Shown: positions 1 through 9,680 of the stretch, piece after piece | Layout of the letters: every line of letters starts with the position of its first letter | Position numbering within the stretch: the first letter of the stretch is position 1 | DNA from: Bacteroidaceae bacterium | GTDB taxonomy: Bacteria > Bacteroidota > Bacteroidia > Bacteroidales > Bacteroidaceae | DNA length: 64,000 nucleotides | NCBI GenBank assembly: GCA_017507385.1 | Contig: JAFWAX010000013.1 | Coordinates: 1 to 64,000 of the forward strand | Direction: 5' to 3' | Program-made: the position numbers and the translations under genes | The notes under the pieces: model-generated | The model's input: the letters and a program-made list of their open reading frames with translations, nothing else | Told to the model about the DNA's origin: nothing | Database searches by the model: none

Positions 1-1023
1 AGCAAAGGTATGGCGGGCCACATGGGTGGTCAAAGGAAAACTGCAACCGAGGACCAGACCGACACCTTTCAGGAATTGGTTGTACTTTTGGTTGGAGGTG
101 ATGTGTAGCTTATAATCGTTCCGTTCCAAAATCTTTTGGGTATAGGGAAGAATGGGGGTGATGAATTCCTCTCCAGTTTTCATTCGATGTCCATCAATGT
201 AATCGTGACCATCTACCGTGATGATATGTTGGGTGTAGTCGAACGACTTGGCATCGCTATACGCCATGCCCGTAAAGATTTGGAAGAGGAAAAAGTCAAG
301 GTATTTGTTAGCTACTCTGTCTGACGACTCTTCCCGAATGGCTATCAATCGCTTGATTTGTTCTTTGGTGAGATGTGGGCGTTTGCCCTTCTCGCCACGT
401 TTGTCTTGAAAACGGTTGTATGGATTTTCTTTGATGAGTCCCAAACGGAAAGCTTCGCTGATGTAACTCTTGAATCGTTTGTGGTAATTGTGGATAGCAG
501 CTTGACTGCGTACAATGGGTTTACCCGTCGAAGTGAAGGTTTGTTCTTCACGGATGAACATGTCAAATTCATAGATGTGTGGAAGGGTAACATCATCGAA
601 AGTCTTGAACTTGCCGAAACGCTGGAGGGCTTTGTAAGTGGTCAAGTGTCCTTTGCGTGTTCCTTCTCTCATTTTGCGGGATTGGATACGTTCGCGCATC
701 CATGCCATGAAGTTGCGTCGGTTGCTGCCATTCGATGACAGATAAGTTTTGAATTGCTGGGTGGTCATGTCGTCACCATTCACTTCCATAGCAATAATAA
801 TACGTTCAAACTCCGTTACCTTCTTTTGAATTTGTTCGTTAAAAACGGCTGCTTTGGGATGGTTGACTACCATGCCATCCTTCCATTGGGTGATATTCAG
901 AAAGATACCGATTGAAAAGTAGAAACGTTCACGACCTAGACAGACAACGATTTCTACGGCTGAACAAGTGATGTCACTTGCTTGTTTTCGTCTGTTGAAA
1001 ACTGTTCGAACTCTATTGTTCAT
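1..1023 (-). CDS. tyrosine-type site-specific integrase; 5' part only (start codon at 1023..1021, 3' end runs off the window's left edge)
   Basis: Reverse-strand translation from ATG at 1023 reads MNNRVRTVFNRRKQASDITCSAV...HVARHTFA, a phage-integrase family catalytic region (R..HxxR). Typical Bacteroidetes tRNA-adjacent integrase. The ORF track omits it because the 3' end lies beyond position 1. Confidence 0.8.
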   Translation of the reverse strand, partial: MNNRVRTVFNRRKQASDITCSAVEIVVCLGRERFYFSIGIFLNITQWKDGMVVNHPKAAVFNEQIQKKVTEFERIIIAMEVNGDDMTTQQFKTYLSSNGSNRRNFMAWMRERIQSRKMREGTRKGHLTTYKALQRFGKFKTFDDVTLPHIYEFDMFIREEQTFTSTGKPIVRSQAAIHNYHKRFKSYISEAFRLGLIKENPYNRFQDKRGEKGKRPHLTKEQIKRLIAIREESSDRVANKYLDFFLFQIFTGMAYSDAKSFDYTQHIITVDGHDYIDGHRMKTGEEFITPILPYTQKILERNDYKLHITSNQKYNQFLKGVGLVLGCSFPLTTHVARHTFA

Positions 1024-1024
1024 A

Positions 1025-1075
1025 GTGTAACACATTTGTGAGGAGTGTAACACAACTGCTGTAACACAAAAACCG
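1025..1075. promoter_or_regulatory. three direct copies of GTGTAACACA/TGTAACACA between the integrase start and tRNA-Lys; candidate arm-type integrase binding sites or att-proximal repeats
   Basis: Sequence gtgtaacacatttgtgaggagtgtaacacaactgctgtaacacaaaaacc, read directly. Confidence 0.35.
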
Positions 1076-1208
1076 TCCGAAAGTGGCTTTTTATGTCCAA
1101 CGGTGTCACCTTAACCTCTTTTTTTTATTGGTGCCACACTCAATGTGAATACCTGATAGTGATATCTAACCTTTTGATAATCAAAGGCGATAAGAGTGTT
1201 AGAAAAAG

Positions 1209-1231
1209 AAAGGGACTTTTTCAAGTCCCTT
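1209..1231 (-). terminator. rho-independent terminator hairpin downstream of tRNA-Lys
   Basis: AGGGACTT-tttc-AAGTCCCT perfect 8 bp stem. On the minus strand it is followed by a T-rich run (TTTCTTTTTCT). Confidence 0.5.
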
Positions 1232-1237
1232 CTTTCA

Positions 1238-1311
1238 GTGATCCGCTTGGGGCTCGAACCCAAGACCCCAACATTAAAAGTGTTGTGCTCTACCGACTGA
1301 GCTAGCGAATC
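1238..1311 (-). tRNA. tRNA-Lys (anticodon TTT)
   Basis: Reverse complement GATTCGCTAGCTCAGTCGGTAGAGCACAACACTTTTAATGTTGGGGTCTTGGGTTCGAGCCCCAAGCGGATCA folds as a cloverleaf. Acceptor GATTCGC/GCGGATC, anticodon loop CTTTTAA, T-arm TTGGG-TTCGAGC-CCCAA. Confidence 0.85.
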
Positions 1312-1475
1312 TACCTGTTAAAGCTTGACGGCAATCCCTTAGGAACTGGACAGGGTTTTATGTCTGTCACTTACCGTAAGCGGGTGCAAAGGTAGGTAGT
1401 TTTTCGGAAACTACCAATTATTTTTATGCTTTTTTTCGTATTTTATTCATTTTGTACGCCAATTCACCTATATTG

Positions 1476-2762
1476 TCAAGCTCTTTGGGAGTTTGAATGA
1501 TAGGTGAATGCAAAAACGGCAATGACAATATAGCAAAAAAGAGGCACGATGAAGGCTGGCTGCATATTGCCTGTGGTATCAGCGATATATCCCATCAGTA
1601 CTGGGGCGACAGCTCCGCCTACGATGCTCATAATGAGGTAGGAGGATGCTTGCTTGGTGAATTTGCCTACACCGCGGATGGCGAGGGCAAAAATGGTGGG
1701 AAACATTATACTCTCACAGAAGTAGCAAATGAACAGGGCCGAGAGACCAACTTTGCCTGAAGAGAACAGGAGCAACACCATGGAGAGTGTGGCTCCGATG
1801 CCGCAAAGACCGAGCAGAAGCTGGGGGCGCATCTTGCTCATGACCCAACTGCCACCCATGCGGCCGAGCATGAAGAGACCCATGCACACGAAGCCGAGCA
1901 GCAGGGCTGCTGTGGAGGAAGTGATGCCAGCATTGTCAACGGCATAGTTAATGAAGAAGCTGTTGAGTCCTGTCTGGGCTGCCACATAGAGGAAGAGGGA
2001 TATGAGTCCGAAGACGAAGTGCTTATGCTGCCACAGTGACTTCTTTTCTACGATAGCGCCAGATGTATCTGCTGGAGCATCGGCTATCTCAGGCAGATGC
2101 ATACGAGAGAAGATGAAGGCAATGATGAGAACGAGAATTCCGATGATAGCATACGGGATGGAAAGGGCTGAAGAGGAAGACGCTGAGGAGTCGGAATCGT
2201 CGAAAAGAAGCATGCCGCCCACCAGCGGACCGACTATCCATCCCAAGCCATTGAGCGACTGGGAAAGGTTGATGCGCTGCTCCGCCGACTGGGGGTCTCC
2301 TAGCACGGTGACATAAGGGTTGGCGGCTGTCTCAAGGCAGGTGAGTCCGCATCCAATGATGAAAAGACACAAAAGGAAGAATTCAAAGGTAAGTATATGC
2401 GCTCCTGGTATGAAGAGGAGGGCTCCAATGGCGTAAAGAAGGAGTCCTGTGATGACTCCGGCCTTGTAGCCATAGCGAGAAATGATTTTCCCTGCAGGAA
2501 TGGCCATAAGGAAATATCCGCCATAGACCACTGCCTGTATGAGGGCGGAACCTGTCTTGCTGATGGAAAGAGAGTCCTGGAAGTGCTTGTTGAGCACATC
2601 GAGAATACTGTGAGCAAATCCCCACAGGAAAAAGAGTGAAGTGATGAGGATGAAGGGGAAAAGATAGGATTTTCCGTCTTTAGTTTTTATGAGTGACATA
2701 GTTTTTGATGTTTTAGTACTTGAAGGAGATAGAGGACAAATGCCATGTTCGTCATTCGTCAT
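1476..2762 (-). CDS. fucP: L-fucose:H+ symporter (MFS, FucP family)
   Basis: 428 aa ORF. Strong similarity in pattern to E. coli FucP (IPFALLCSLFFLW.. ~ FPFILITSLFFLWGFAHSILDVL, AGLIQSAFYFGYF ~ SALIQAVVYGGYF). 12 TM-like segments. The true start may be the internal Met MSLIKTK at about 2699. Confidence 0.8.
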   Translation of the reverse strand: MTNDEHGICPLSPSSTKTSKTMSLIKTKDGKSYLFPFILITSLFFLWGFAHSILDVLNKHFQDSLSISKTGSALIQAVVYGGYFLMAIPAGKIISRYGYKAGVITGLLLYAIGALLFIPGAHILTFEFFLLCLFIIGCGLTCLETAANPYVTVLGDPQSAEQRINLSQSLNGLGWIVGPLVGGMLLFDDSDSSASSSSALSIPYAIIGILVLIIAFIFSRMHLPEIADAPADTSGAIVEKKSLWQHKHFVFGLISLFLYVAAQTGLNSFFINYAVDNAGITSSTAALLLGFVCMGLFMLGRMGGSWVMSKMRPQLLLGLCGIGATLSMVLLLFSSGKVGLSALFICYFCESIMFPTIFALAIRGVGKFTKQASSYLIMSIVGGAVAPVLMGYIADTTGNMQPAFIVPLFCYIVIAVFAFTYHSNSQRA

Positions 2763-2805
2763 CGATTTAACTCCTTTTCTGAAAAAATAAGGATGATGAA
2801 TATTA

Positions 2806-5673
2806 TTAGCTTCGCGATACTTGCAGACCTTTTTCAGAAAGCGTCATATCGACAAAACGTGAGGAGGATGTCAGCGGATGAGCATTCAGTACTTCTCTGA
2901 TCCGTGCAGCAGCTTCGGGGTCTTTGGCCACCATATAGAGATAGCCGCCACCACCTGCACCAGGAAGCTTATAGCCAAGACAGTAATCGTCAATCTGACG
3001 GCAGAGGTTGGCCACAAGAGGCGGTTCTGTGTCCGAGTCAAGCGTCTTGTTCTGCTGCCATGTCTTTCGGATAAGCTGGCCATACTGCTGAAAATCGCCA
3101 AGCTGTATCGCATCGAAAAGGTCAAGCGTATGCTGCTTCATCTCTCTCAAGAGGGCTAGATGCTCTGACGAATTGAGGAACATTCCCTGAACAATTTCGG
3201 CAAGAATCTGCTTAGCTGTACGAGTGATGCCGGTGTAATAAAGCAGGTGGCATTGCTGATATTCTGCCTGTCGGAAGAAAGTGTCTGGCAGCCATCTCAC
3301 AACGGGACGCTGATTAAGTCCGCTCTCTGTCTGTAATAGCTTGATACCTGGCAATATACCTCCATACTGGTCTTGCCACCCACCGCCTGTCGTAAGCAGC
3401 TGCTCAAGAATGAGTGTACGATTTCCTATCTCGTGCTTATCCCATCCAAATCCACAGAAATCTGACAATGCACCAATAACGGTAGAGGCAAGGATGGAGC
3501 TTGTACCCAACCCTGAACCAGCAGGAATGGCCGAAAGGAGGGTGATTTCAATACCGGAGCCAAAGTCTGAGAGCTGCTGCTGCAAAGAAGCATATTTTTC
3601 CGCACAGAACATAGGCAAGAATCCGCAAAGCGCCAATGCCGCCTTGGGTATGGAGAAAGGAGAACCGACTTTATTATACTGAGCAAGCTCGTCAAATGTC
3701 GTGATGGTCTCCACAGCGCCAAGGTCGATGGAGCGGCACTTTATGTGCAGTTCACTGGTAGGCTTAACATACACTTGCAAAGGCTGCTGTCCATTCAATT
3801 CGATAGCAAGATTCACCACATTGCCACCGCACAAGAGACAGTGAGGAGGGGTATCTGTCCATCCTCCTGCGATGTCTATGCGAACAGCTGAACGCCCCCA
3901 GACAATTTGGTCACAGTAAGCATTCAAGCGAGGCATCAACGGTTGACGCGATGCTGTTTCCAGCAATTGCTGCTGCAACAAGGAGAATGCCTTCTTTTCG
4001 TTCTCGGCACTATCTTCACCACGCATTTTCTGCACTTGAGCACGAAACATGGCATCATGAACCTGCTGCATGGGAGTAGCCTCATCTTGCAAGAGAGAAG
4101 GCATAGGAATGTCGTGCTCCACGTATTTGCTTGCTATATCTTTCAAATCAATCTGATAGAACACCGATTTGCGATAGTTCTGCGCCAACTGCGGGATATT
4201 GATTGCAAGAAACTTCTTACGCTGCGCATCTTGGCGTTCCAAATCTGCTTGTGCAGATATATCGTCTGCTGAGAGACGCGGCAGCGCTTCCCACTCTTTG
4301 CTGAGGTCTTCTGACGGCTGCGGCGAGAGCATCCACTTCAGCATTCGTTCCATCTGCTCCGATGTGCTGCACACAGGGAATATATTGGCAGCTTGAATGT
4401 CCTGCTGATGAGCTATTTCAGCAATGTCTATATGATGATTGGAAAGCCATTCTGTCACTGGATACTCAAGAAACATCGTGTCACTTGTCAAAATACTTCC
4501 ACGCATTGCATCATGGAATCCGTAAGGCCTCAACACATAGGAGCTATCCCCTATCGTCTGAATGTCAACGCACTGTCCTTGTTCAAGATGAATACTCCAG
4601 TCATTTTCGGGCACTCCTGTGATGACATTCTGCGAGGACAAAATCCAAGACGCTGGCACATAGGCATTCTCTATCCAAATATCAGAATTTTTATCCGCCA
4701 GTTCGGCTTTCACCACTGCATTCTGAGTAAACACTGCAGGATGTTTCTTCACGTTTTTCTGAATGATGACACGCTGGTCAAGCACCAGATTCTGCAGATA
4801 GGCTGTCGATTTCACGAGTTCAGGAGTCGTACCATAATGGTAGAATTCACCTCCTTCAAGAGGCAAGATGGCCACTTTCAGCTGATTGATTTCTGCATCA
4901 ATGGCCGTAGGATGCTGTCCTAAAGCCGTGCCAAATTCAGAATACAGATCATAAGATGTATATTGGCTCGCATCAGGAGCGCCGAACGCAGGTTCTTGTA
5001 CAAGTTTTGAGCGCTTACGCAAGATTTGTACAGCACGGTCGTTCAACAGCCAAACACCAATATCCATCAAGGCAAGATGAGTTTGCGACAGCTCCGCCAA
5101 CCTCTCTGTCGTAGGTTTCTGCAAGACAAAATCCAACAGTTCTGGAGTATGGCGATTCATCAAATAAACTCCATGATTTTTCGCAAGAGAGGGGTCAACC
5201 CACAATCCATAGCAAACCACATCTGCTTCTGGAATAGGCTGAAGCGGACGGGGTGAACGGATGAACACATCACCCGACACAATGAGCGTATGAAGTGAGT
5301 CTGGTGCCTGTTTCAGTATGCTCTCATAAAGAGGCAACTGCAAGTCAAGCAAGGTCTGGTCAATCTTCTGCCCACGCGCCCATCGGAAGACAGGAATCGG
5401 GATAGAAGACTTTCCACTTGCCGCATATGCAGGAAGACGCCTTGATTGCCCTCCTGCATGGACAAGGATACGTTTTTCCTGAGCCAACCATGACTCAAAA
5501 GACGAAGCCTTCGCATGAGCAGCTGCCTGTTCGAGCAGCCACACAGTTCCGCCACCACTACCTAACTTATGCCCTATCGGGTCAGATGTACAAAAATACT
5601 CATCTGAAGATAAGCGGTTGATGGTCAAATACTTTTCCACCGCATTAGGTGGAAGAGACAAGAGTTTCTTCAT
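2806..5673 (-). CDS. fkp: bifunctional L-fucokinase / fucose-1-phosphate guanylyltransferase (Fkp)
   Basis: About 955 aa from MKKLLSLPPNAVEKY..FCTSDPIGHKLGSGGGTVWLLEQ, near-colinear with Bacteroides fragilis Fkp. C-terminal GHMP-kinase motif PAGSGLGTSSILAS. The ORF track starts it at 5730 (Met 20 residues upstream), which would overlap the neighbouring gene. Confidence 0.85.
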   Translation of the reverse strand: MKKLLSLPPNAVEKYLTINRLSSDEYFCTSDPIGHKLGSGGGTVWLLEQAAAHAKASSFESWLAQEKRILVHAGGQSRRLPAYAASGKSSIPIPVFRWARGQKIDQTLLDLQLPLYESILKQAPDSLHTLIVSGDVFIRSPRPLQPIPEADVVCYGLWVDPSLAKNHGVYLMNRHTPELLDFVLQKPTTERLAELSQTHLALMDIGVWLLNDRAVQILRKRSKLVQEPAFGAPDASQYTSYDLYSEFGTALGQHPTAIDAEINQLKVAILPLEGGEFYHYGTTPELVKSTAYLQNLVLDQRVIIQKNVKKHPAVFTQNAVVKAELADKNSDIWIENAYVPASWILSSQNVITGVPENDWSIHLEQGQCVDIQTIGDSSYVLRPYGFHDAMRGSILTSDTMFLEYPVTEWLSNHHIDIAEIAHQQDIQAANIFPVCSTSEQMERMLKWMLSPQPSEDLSKEWEALPRLSADDISAQADLERQDAQRKKFLAINIPQLAQNYRKSVFYQIDLKDIASKYVEHDIPMPSLLQDEATPMQQVHDAMFRAQVQKMRGEDSAENEKKAFSLLQQQLLETASRQPLMPRLNAYCDQIVWGRSAVRIDIAGGWTDTPPHCLLCGGNVVNLAIELNGQQPLQVYVKPTSELHIKCRSIDLGAVETITTFDELAQYNKVGSPFSIPKAALALCGFLPMFCAEKYASLQQQLSDFGSGIEITLLSAIPAGSGLGTSSILASTVIGALSDFCGFGWDKHEIGNRTLILEQLLTTGGGWQDQYGGILPGIKLLQTESGLNQRPVVRWLPDTFFRQAEYQQCHLLYYTGITRTAKQILAEIVQGMFLNSSEHLALLREMKQHTLDLFDAIQLGDFQQYGQLIRKTWQQNKTLDSDTEPPLVANLCRQIDDYCLGYKLPGAGGGGYLYMVAKDPEAAARIREVLNAHPLTSSSRFVDMTLSEKGLQVSRS

Positions 5674-5689
5674 TTCTATATTTATGCAA

Positions 5690-6784
5690 CTATTCTTTTC
5701 TTTCTTCTTCATTAGGCTCTTCAAGCACAAAACGCTTGTAGTATGAAACGATCAGCGTAGTGAATGGAAGAGCCACAATCAGCCCCACAAATCCAAGCAG
5801 ACTTCCCCATATCGACAATGCGAGAAGAATGACTGCTCCATTGAGTCCCGTCACCTTTCCCATGATACGTGGTGTGAGATACCAATCCTGTATAGCCTGT
5901 ACGACACAGAAGACAATGATAACAGCCAGAATAATCCCCCAGAAATTTTGTCCTGTATCATGCGCTTTGAGCAATGCCAATATGATGGTAGGAATGAACC
6001 CGACTGCTTGCAGATAAGGCACAAGATTGAGAAAGCCTATAAAGAGCCCAAGGGGAATAGCCATCGGAAAGTCTATAATCAGGAAACCGATGGAAAACAG
6101 CACTCCAACACACATCGCAATGATGCTTTGCCCACGAAAATACTTGTTCATGCCATTCTTCAAATCTGAAGCCACATCTTGCATCAGGGCACGTTTGCTT
6201 GGAGGAAGCAACTTGAAGAATCCTGCCGCCATCAGCTCATAGTCTAACAGAATAAAAAACAGATAGATGACAGCAATAAGAGAAAACACGAATCCGATGA
6301 GTGCACTCACACTGCTGCTGACAAAAGAAAAGAATTGAGGCACTTTCTCTCCCAGAAACTGGGATACATCCTGCACCGTAAGCGCTTTCGTTATCTCATT
6401 GATGTCAATGTTCTGCTTGATGAAATTCTCCACTTCTGCCGACACTGATGTCACCGTCGAATCAGCTTTCACATAGTTAACGATGACAGTCTTCAAATAA
6501 GTCAATTCTTCAATAATAGGCGGAATAACCAGATAGCAGAACCCAATGAAAAGACCAACAATAAGCAATGCCGTAATCAGTATGCTAAGCACACGCGACT
6601 TGACACGGCACTTGTACTGGATGAAACTCACAACAGGATAAAGCAGATAGGCGATGAGCCATGCTACAAGAAACGGAACGAGCACATTGCTGAGACGGCG
6701 AATCAGGAAGTATGCCACACCCAATATCACAATGCTAATTATTATACGTACAAAACGGTCGAATGTGATAGTTCTTTTTTTCAT
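5690..6784 (-). CDS. AI-2E family transporter (PerM/UPF0118)
   Basis: 364 aa polytopic membrane protein with the typical AI-2E N-terminal pattern (ILGVAYFLIRRLSNVLVPFLVAWLIAYLLYP). Confidence 0.65.
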   Translation of the reverse strand: MKKRTITFDRFVRIIISIVILGVAYFLIRRLSNVLVPFLVAWLIAYLLYPVVSFIQYKCRVKSRVLSILITALLIVGLFIGFCYLVIPPIIEELTYLKTVIVNYVKADSTVTSVSAEVENFIKQNIDINEITKALTVQDVSQFLGEKVPQFFSFVSSSVSALIGFVFSLIAVIYLFFILLDYELMAAGFFKLLPPSKRALMQDVASDLKNGMNKYFRGQSIIAMCVGVLFSIGFLIIDFPMAIPLGLFIGFLNLVPYLQAVGFIPTIILALLKAHDTGQNFWGIILAVIIVFCVVQAIQDWYLTPRIMGKVTGLNGAVILLALSIWGSLLGFVGLIVALPFTTLIVSYYKRFVLEEPNEEERKE

Positions 6785-7011
6785 AAGCCACTTATTCCGT
6801 TAAAGGTTAGAGCAAAGAGTTCATGAGCCTAAAGATTGAGTATGCAGGAACACAAATTCTCCACCAAACATCCCGACAATCTGCTCGAAAACTTAAAACT
6901 CAATGAACAAATTTCGGACGAAGATACACAAAAAGTAATATTTTACAGGGAGGTTATGTGAAAAAAAGTTGTTTTTAGAGAGAAAATTCATCTTGTAAGT
7001 ATTTTTATTTC

Positions 7012-7019
7012 TATTTTTG
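7012..7019 (+). promoter_or_regulatory. candidate Bacteroidetes -7 promoter element (TAnnTTTG) for rsmI
   Basis: TATTTTTG located 21 bp upstream of the rsmI ATG. Matches the TAnnTTTG consensus of the Bacteroides sigma-A. Confidence 0.3.
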
Positions 7020-7039
7020 CAACTAAAAGTTGAAAGAAT

Positions 7040-7834
7040 ATGGGAAAACTGTATGTTGTGCCAACTCCTGTTGGAAACATGGAAGACATGACCTTCAGAG
7101 CTGTACGGGTGCTGAAAGAAGCCGATTTCATTTTGGCTGAGGACACCCGCACATCAAGCGTGTTGCTGCAACATTACGACATACACGGCGAACTGCTGTC
7201 ACACCACAAGTTCAACGAACACGACACCGTACAGAACGTGGTGAGACGCATTCAGGGAGGCATGACAGCAGCCCTAATCAGCGATGCAGGCACACCAGCC
7301 ATCAGCGACCCCGGATTCCTGTTAGTACGCGAATGTGTAAAAAATGGCATCGAGGTACAGACACTTCCAGGAGCAACAGCATTCGTTCCGGCACTCTTAA
7401 GCAGCGGACTTCCATGCGAAAAATTCTGCTTCGAAGGTTTCCTGCCACAGAAGAAAGGACGAGTTTCACGGCTCACCGAACTACAAGATGAGAATCGGAG
7501 CATCATCTTCTACGAATCGCCACGCCGTCTGCTAAAGACCCTGAAACAGTTTGCGGATTTCTTCGGAGGAGAACGGCAGGTCAGTGTAGCCAGAGAAATT
7601 TCAAAACTGCACGAAGAGCACGTGAGAGGCAGCCTGAGCGATGTCATCCAACACTTCGAAGCAACCGAGCCATTAGGAGAAATCGTCATCATCCTTGCAG
7701 GCAAAACCAAGGACAACCACCAACAGGCAACGAACGATGGACAGCCACAAAATCAGGAAACCGCAAGCAGTCCCCTCCCCGATTCTATGCAATTGCTCAT
7801 GGGAACTGGCAAAAAGAAAAATAAATACAAATGA
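7040..7834 (+). CDS. rsmI: 16S rRNA (cytidine1402-2'-O)-methyltransferase RsmI
   Basis: MGKLYVVPTPVGNMEDMT..AEDTR..ISDAGTP.ISDPGF, colinear with E. coli RsmI. Carries an extra ~30 aa polar C-terminal tail. Confidence 0.85.
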   Translation: MGKLYVVPTPVGNMEDMTFRAVRVLKEADFILAEDTRTSSVLLQHYDIHGELLSHHKFNEHDTVQNVVRRIQGGMTAALISDAGTPAISDPGFLLVRECVKNGIEVQTLPGATAFVPALLSSGLPCEKFCFEGFLPQKKGRVSRLTELQDENRSIIFYESPRRLLKTLKQFADFFGGERQVSVAREISKLHEEHVRGSLSDVIQHFEATEPLGEIVIILAGKTKDNHQQATNDGQPQNQETASSPLPDSMQLLMGTGKKKNKYK

Positions 7835-7850
7835 CTCAACTTTCTGAAGA

Positions 7851-8012
7851 AGATGGGGAGTTAGAAGTTAATAAGTTAAGTAGTTAAGCCGATACTTGGA
7901 GTCGGCAAAGCCATACCCTGAAAGGCTAACGGCTTAACTACTGTCCGCAGGACGAGCGCAGCGATAACTACTTAACTACAAAGACTTTAAACAATTTGCG
8001 AAACTTTAACAA
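7851..8012. repeat. structured intergenic repeat family A, copy 1 (~162 bp, internally palindromic)
   Basis: About 90% identical to the reverse complement of 11622..11790. Contains internal inverted repeats ttaagtagttaagccg/cggcttaactac. Confidence 0.8.
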
Positions 8013-8030
8013 ATGATAAAACAGTTGATT

Positions 8031-8876
8031 ATGAAGAAAGTATTATTTATGGCAGCAATGGCAGCAATGCTCGCTGCGTGCAATGAAGTCGGCAGCAACC
8101 TTTCAGGCGATAAAGAACGTGACTCTCTGCGAAACGTCATCGACCAGAAAGAAAACGAAATCAACGATCTGATGGGCACATTCAACGAAATCCAGCAAGG
8201 ATTCGACCTCATCAACGAAGCGGAGGGACGTGTCAACCTGATGAAAAACAATGCTGAGAACAACAACATTGTGGAGAACATACGCGAGAATATGACCTTC
8301 ATCCAAGAGACGCTCCTCGAAAACAAACGTAAAATAGCAGAACTGCAAAACAAGCTCAACAACAGCAGCATCAACTCTGCCAAGCTGAAGGAGGCAATTG
8401 CGAGCCTTACCAGCCAGCTGAACAAAAAGAACGCTGAAGTGGAATCCCTGCGCACCGCCCTTGCCGAGAAAGATGTCATCATCCAAGCAATTGGCGACAC
8501 CCTCAACACGCTGAAAGAGGAAAACACCCTCATCAAGCAGCAGAAAGAAGACACCGAAGCCATTGCCAAGAATCAAGACACACAACTCAACACCGCATGG
8601 TACGTATTCGGCACCAGCAAGGAACTGAAAGAGCGTGGCATCCTGAAAAAAGGCGAAGTGCTGCAAGGCGATTACGACAAGGATTACCTCACAAAAATCG
8701 ACATCCGAAAAGTCAGCGTCATTGCGCTGGAGTCAAAATCAGCCGAACTCCTCACCACACATCCATCAGGCTCTTACACCCTGCTCAAAGACAGCAAGGG
8801 CGAATACACTTTGCGCATCACAGACGCAGCCAAGTTCTGGAGCATCAGCAAATACTTAGTAATCAAAGTGAAATAA
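8031..8876 (+). CDS. coiled-coil lipoprotein, function unknown
   Basis: MKKVLFMAAMAAMLAAC lipoprotein signal. Long heptad-like Q/N/E/K-rich segment followed by a ~90 aa C-terminal domain. The longest ORF starts at 8013. Confidence 0.6.
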   Translation: MKKVLFMAAMAAMLAACNEVGSNLSGDKERDSLRNVIDQKENEINDLMGTFNEIQQGFDLINEAEGRVNLMKNNAENNNIVENIRENMTFIQETLLENKRKIAELQNKLNNSSINSAKLKEAIASLTSQLNKKNAEVESLRTALAEKDVIIQAIGDTLNTLKEENTLIKQQKEDTEAIAKNQDTQLNTAWYVFGTSKELKERGILKKGEVLQGDYDKDYLTKIDIRKVSVIALESKSAELLTTHPSGSYTLLKDSKGEYTLRITDAAKFWSISKYLVIKVK

Positions 8877-8985
8877 CCGCCTCAATCAACGGTCATCAGG
8901 TTTTTCGGTCTTACCGACCTACCGCACCAAACCGTCAAACCGCATAACCGCACAACCGCACAACAAAAAAAACAACACCACGCAA

Positions 8986-9663
8986 ATGAATAAAATTCTG
9001 ACACTCATCCTGCTAACAGCGATGGCGATTCTTCCAGCCAGCCTTCATGCACAAGAAAACAAAGACTGGGCACCTACAGGCGTATGGCCTTTCATCAACC
9101 AGCAGTTCAGAACCGCCACTGTCTATACAGGCGTCTTCAACCGCTCCAAGACCGTAGTGCCCTGCAACATCCACGTTGGCAACCAGGCGCTCTGGTACAA
9201 TCAAAACGACACATTGATGGAAGCCATACCTGGCAGCGTGGTCAGAGTAGAATTCCCCAATGGCGACAGATATATGCCAGTTGGCGACAACCAGTTCGGG
9301 CTCATCGTCAAGGAAGACTCTATCGACGGGTCAATAGCACGCATCATCCTTGTGCGTGCATTAGACCAGAAGGCACTTGACCAGAAATATATAGACCACA
9401 TCACCAAAAGCCAAAGCATCTTCTCCACCATATCCGATGCAGAGGCAGGCAAGAAGATGGAAGAAGAACCCATTCCATTAGTCAACGTATTCTACTTCCA
9501 AGTGAGAGGTGAAATCTTTCCCGCAACATCCAAAAACATTTTGTCGAGAATCAATCCCGAGCGGAAAAAAGAATTCCGCACCTTCAGACGAGAGGCTGAA
9601 ATCATCTCCACCAACGAAAGCTCCATGCTGAAAATCTGGAACGAATTTTTCTTGAAATATTGA
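8986..9663 (+). CDS. secreted hypothetical protein
   Basis: 225 aa with a signal peptide MNKILTLILLTAMAILPASLHAQ. No recognisable motif. Confidence 0.55.
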   Translation: MNKILTLILLTAMAILPASLHAQENKDWAPTGVWPFINQQFRTATVYTGVFNRSKTVVPCNIHVGNQALWYNQNDTLMEAIPGSVVRVEFPNGDRYMPVGDNQFGLIVKEDSIDGSIARIILVRALDQKALDQKYIDHITKSQSIFSTISDAEAGKKMEEEPIPLVNVFYFQVRGEIFPATSKNILSRINPERKKEFRTFRREAEIISTNESSMLKIWNEFFLKY

Positions 9664-9680
9664 AACACGATATGATAAAA

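Noticed and set aside
345-738. ORFs 136..324, 345..596 and 358..738 in the first kilobase
   Set aside because: All lie inside or antisense to the integrase reading frame, which has clear family motifs. No motifs of their own.
8006-8666. Two 187 aa minus-strand ORFs overlapping the coiled-coil lipoprotein gene
   Set aside because: Antisense to a gene with a clear lipoprotein signal. They arise from the low-complexity coiled-coil codons.
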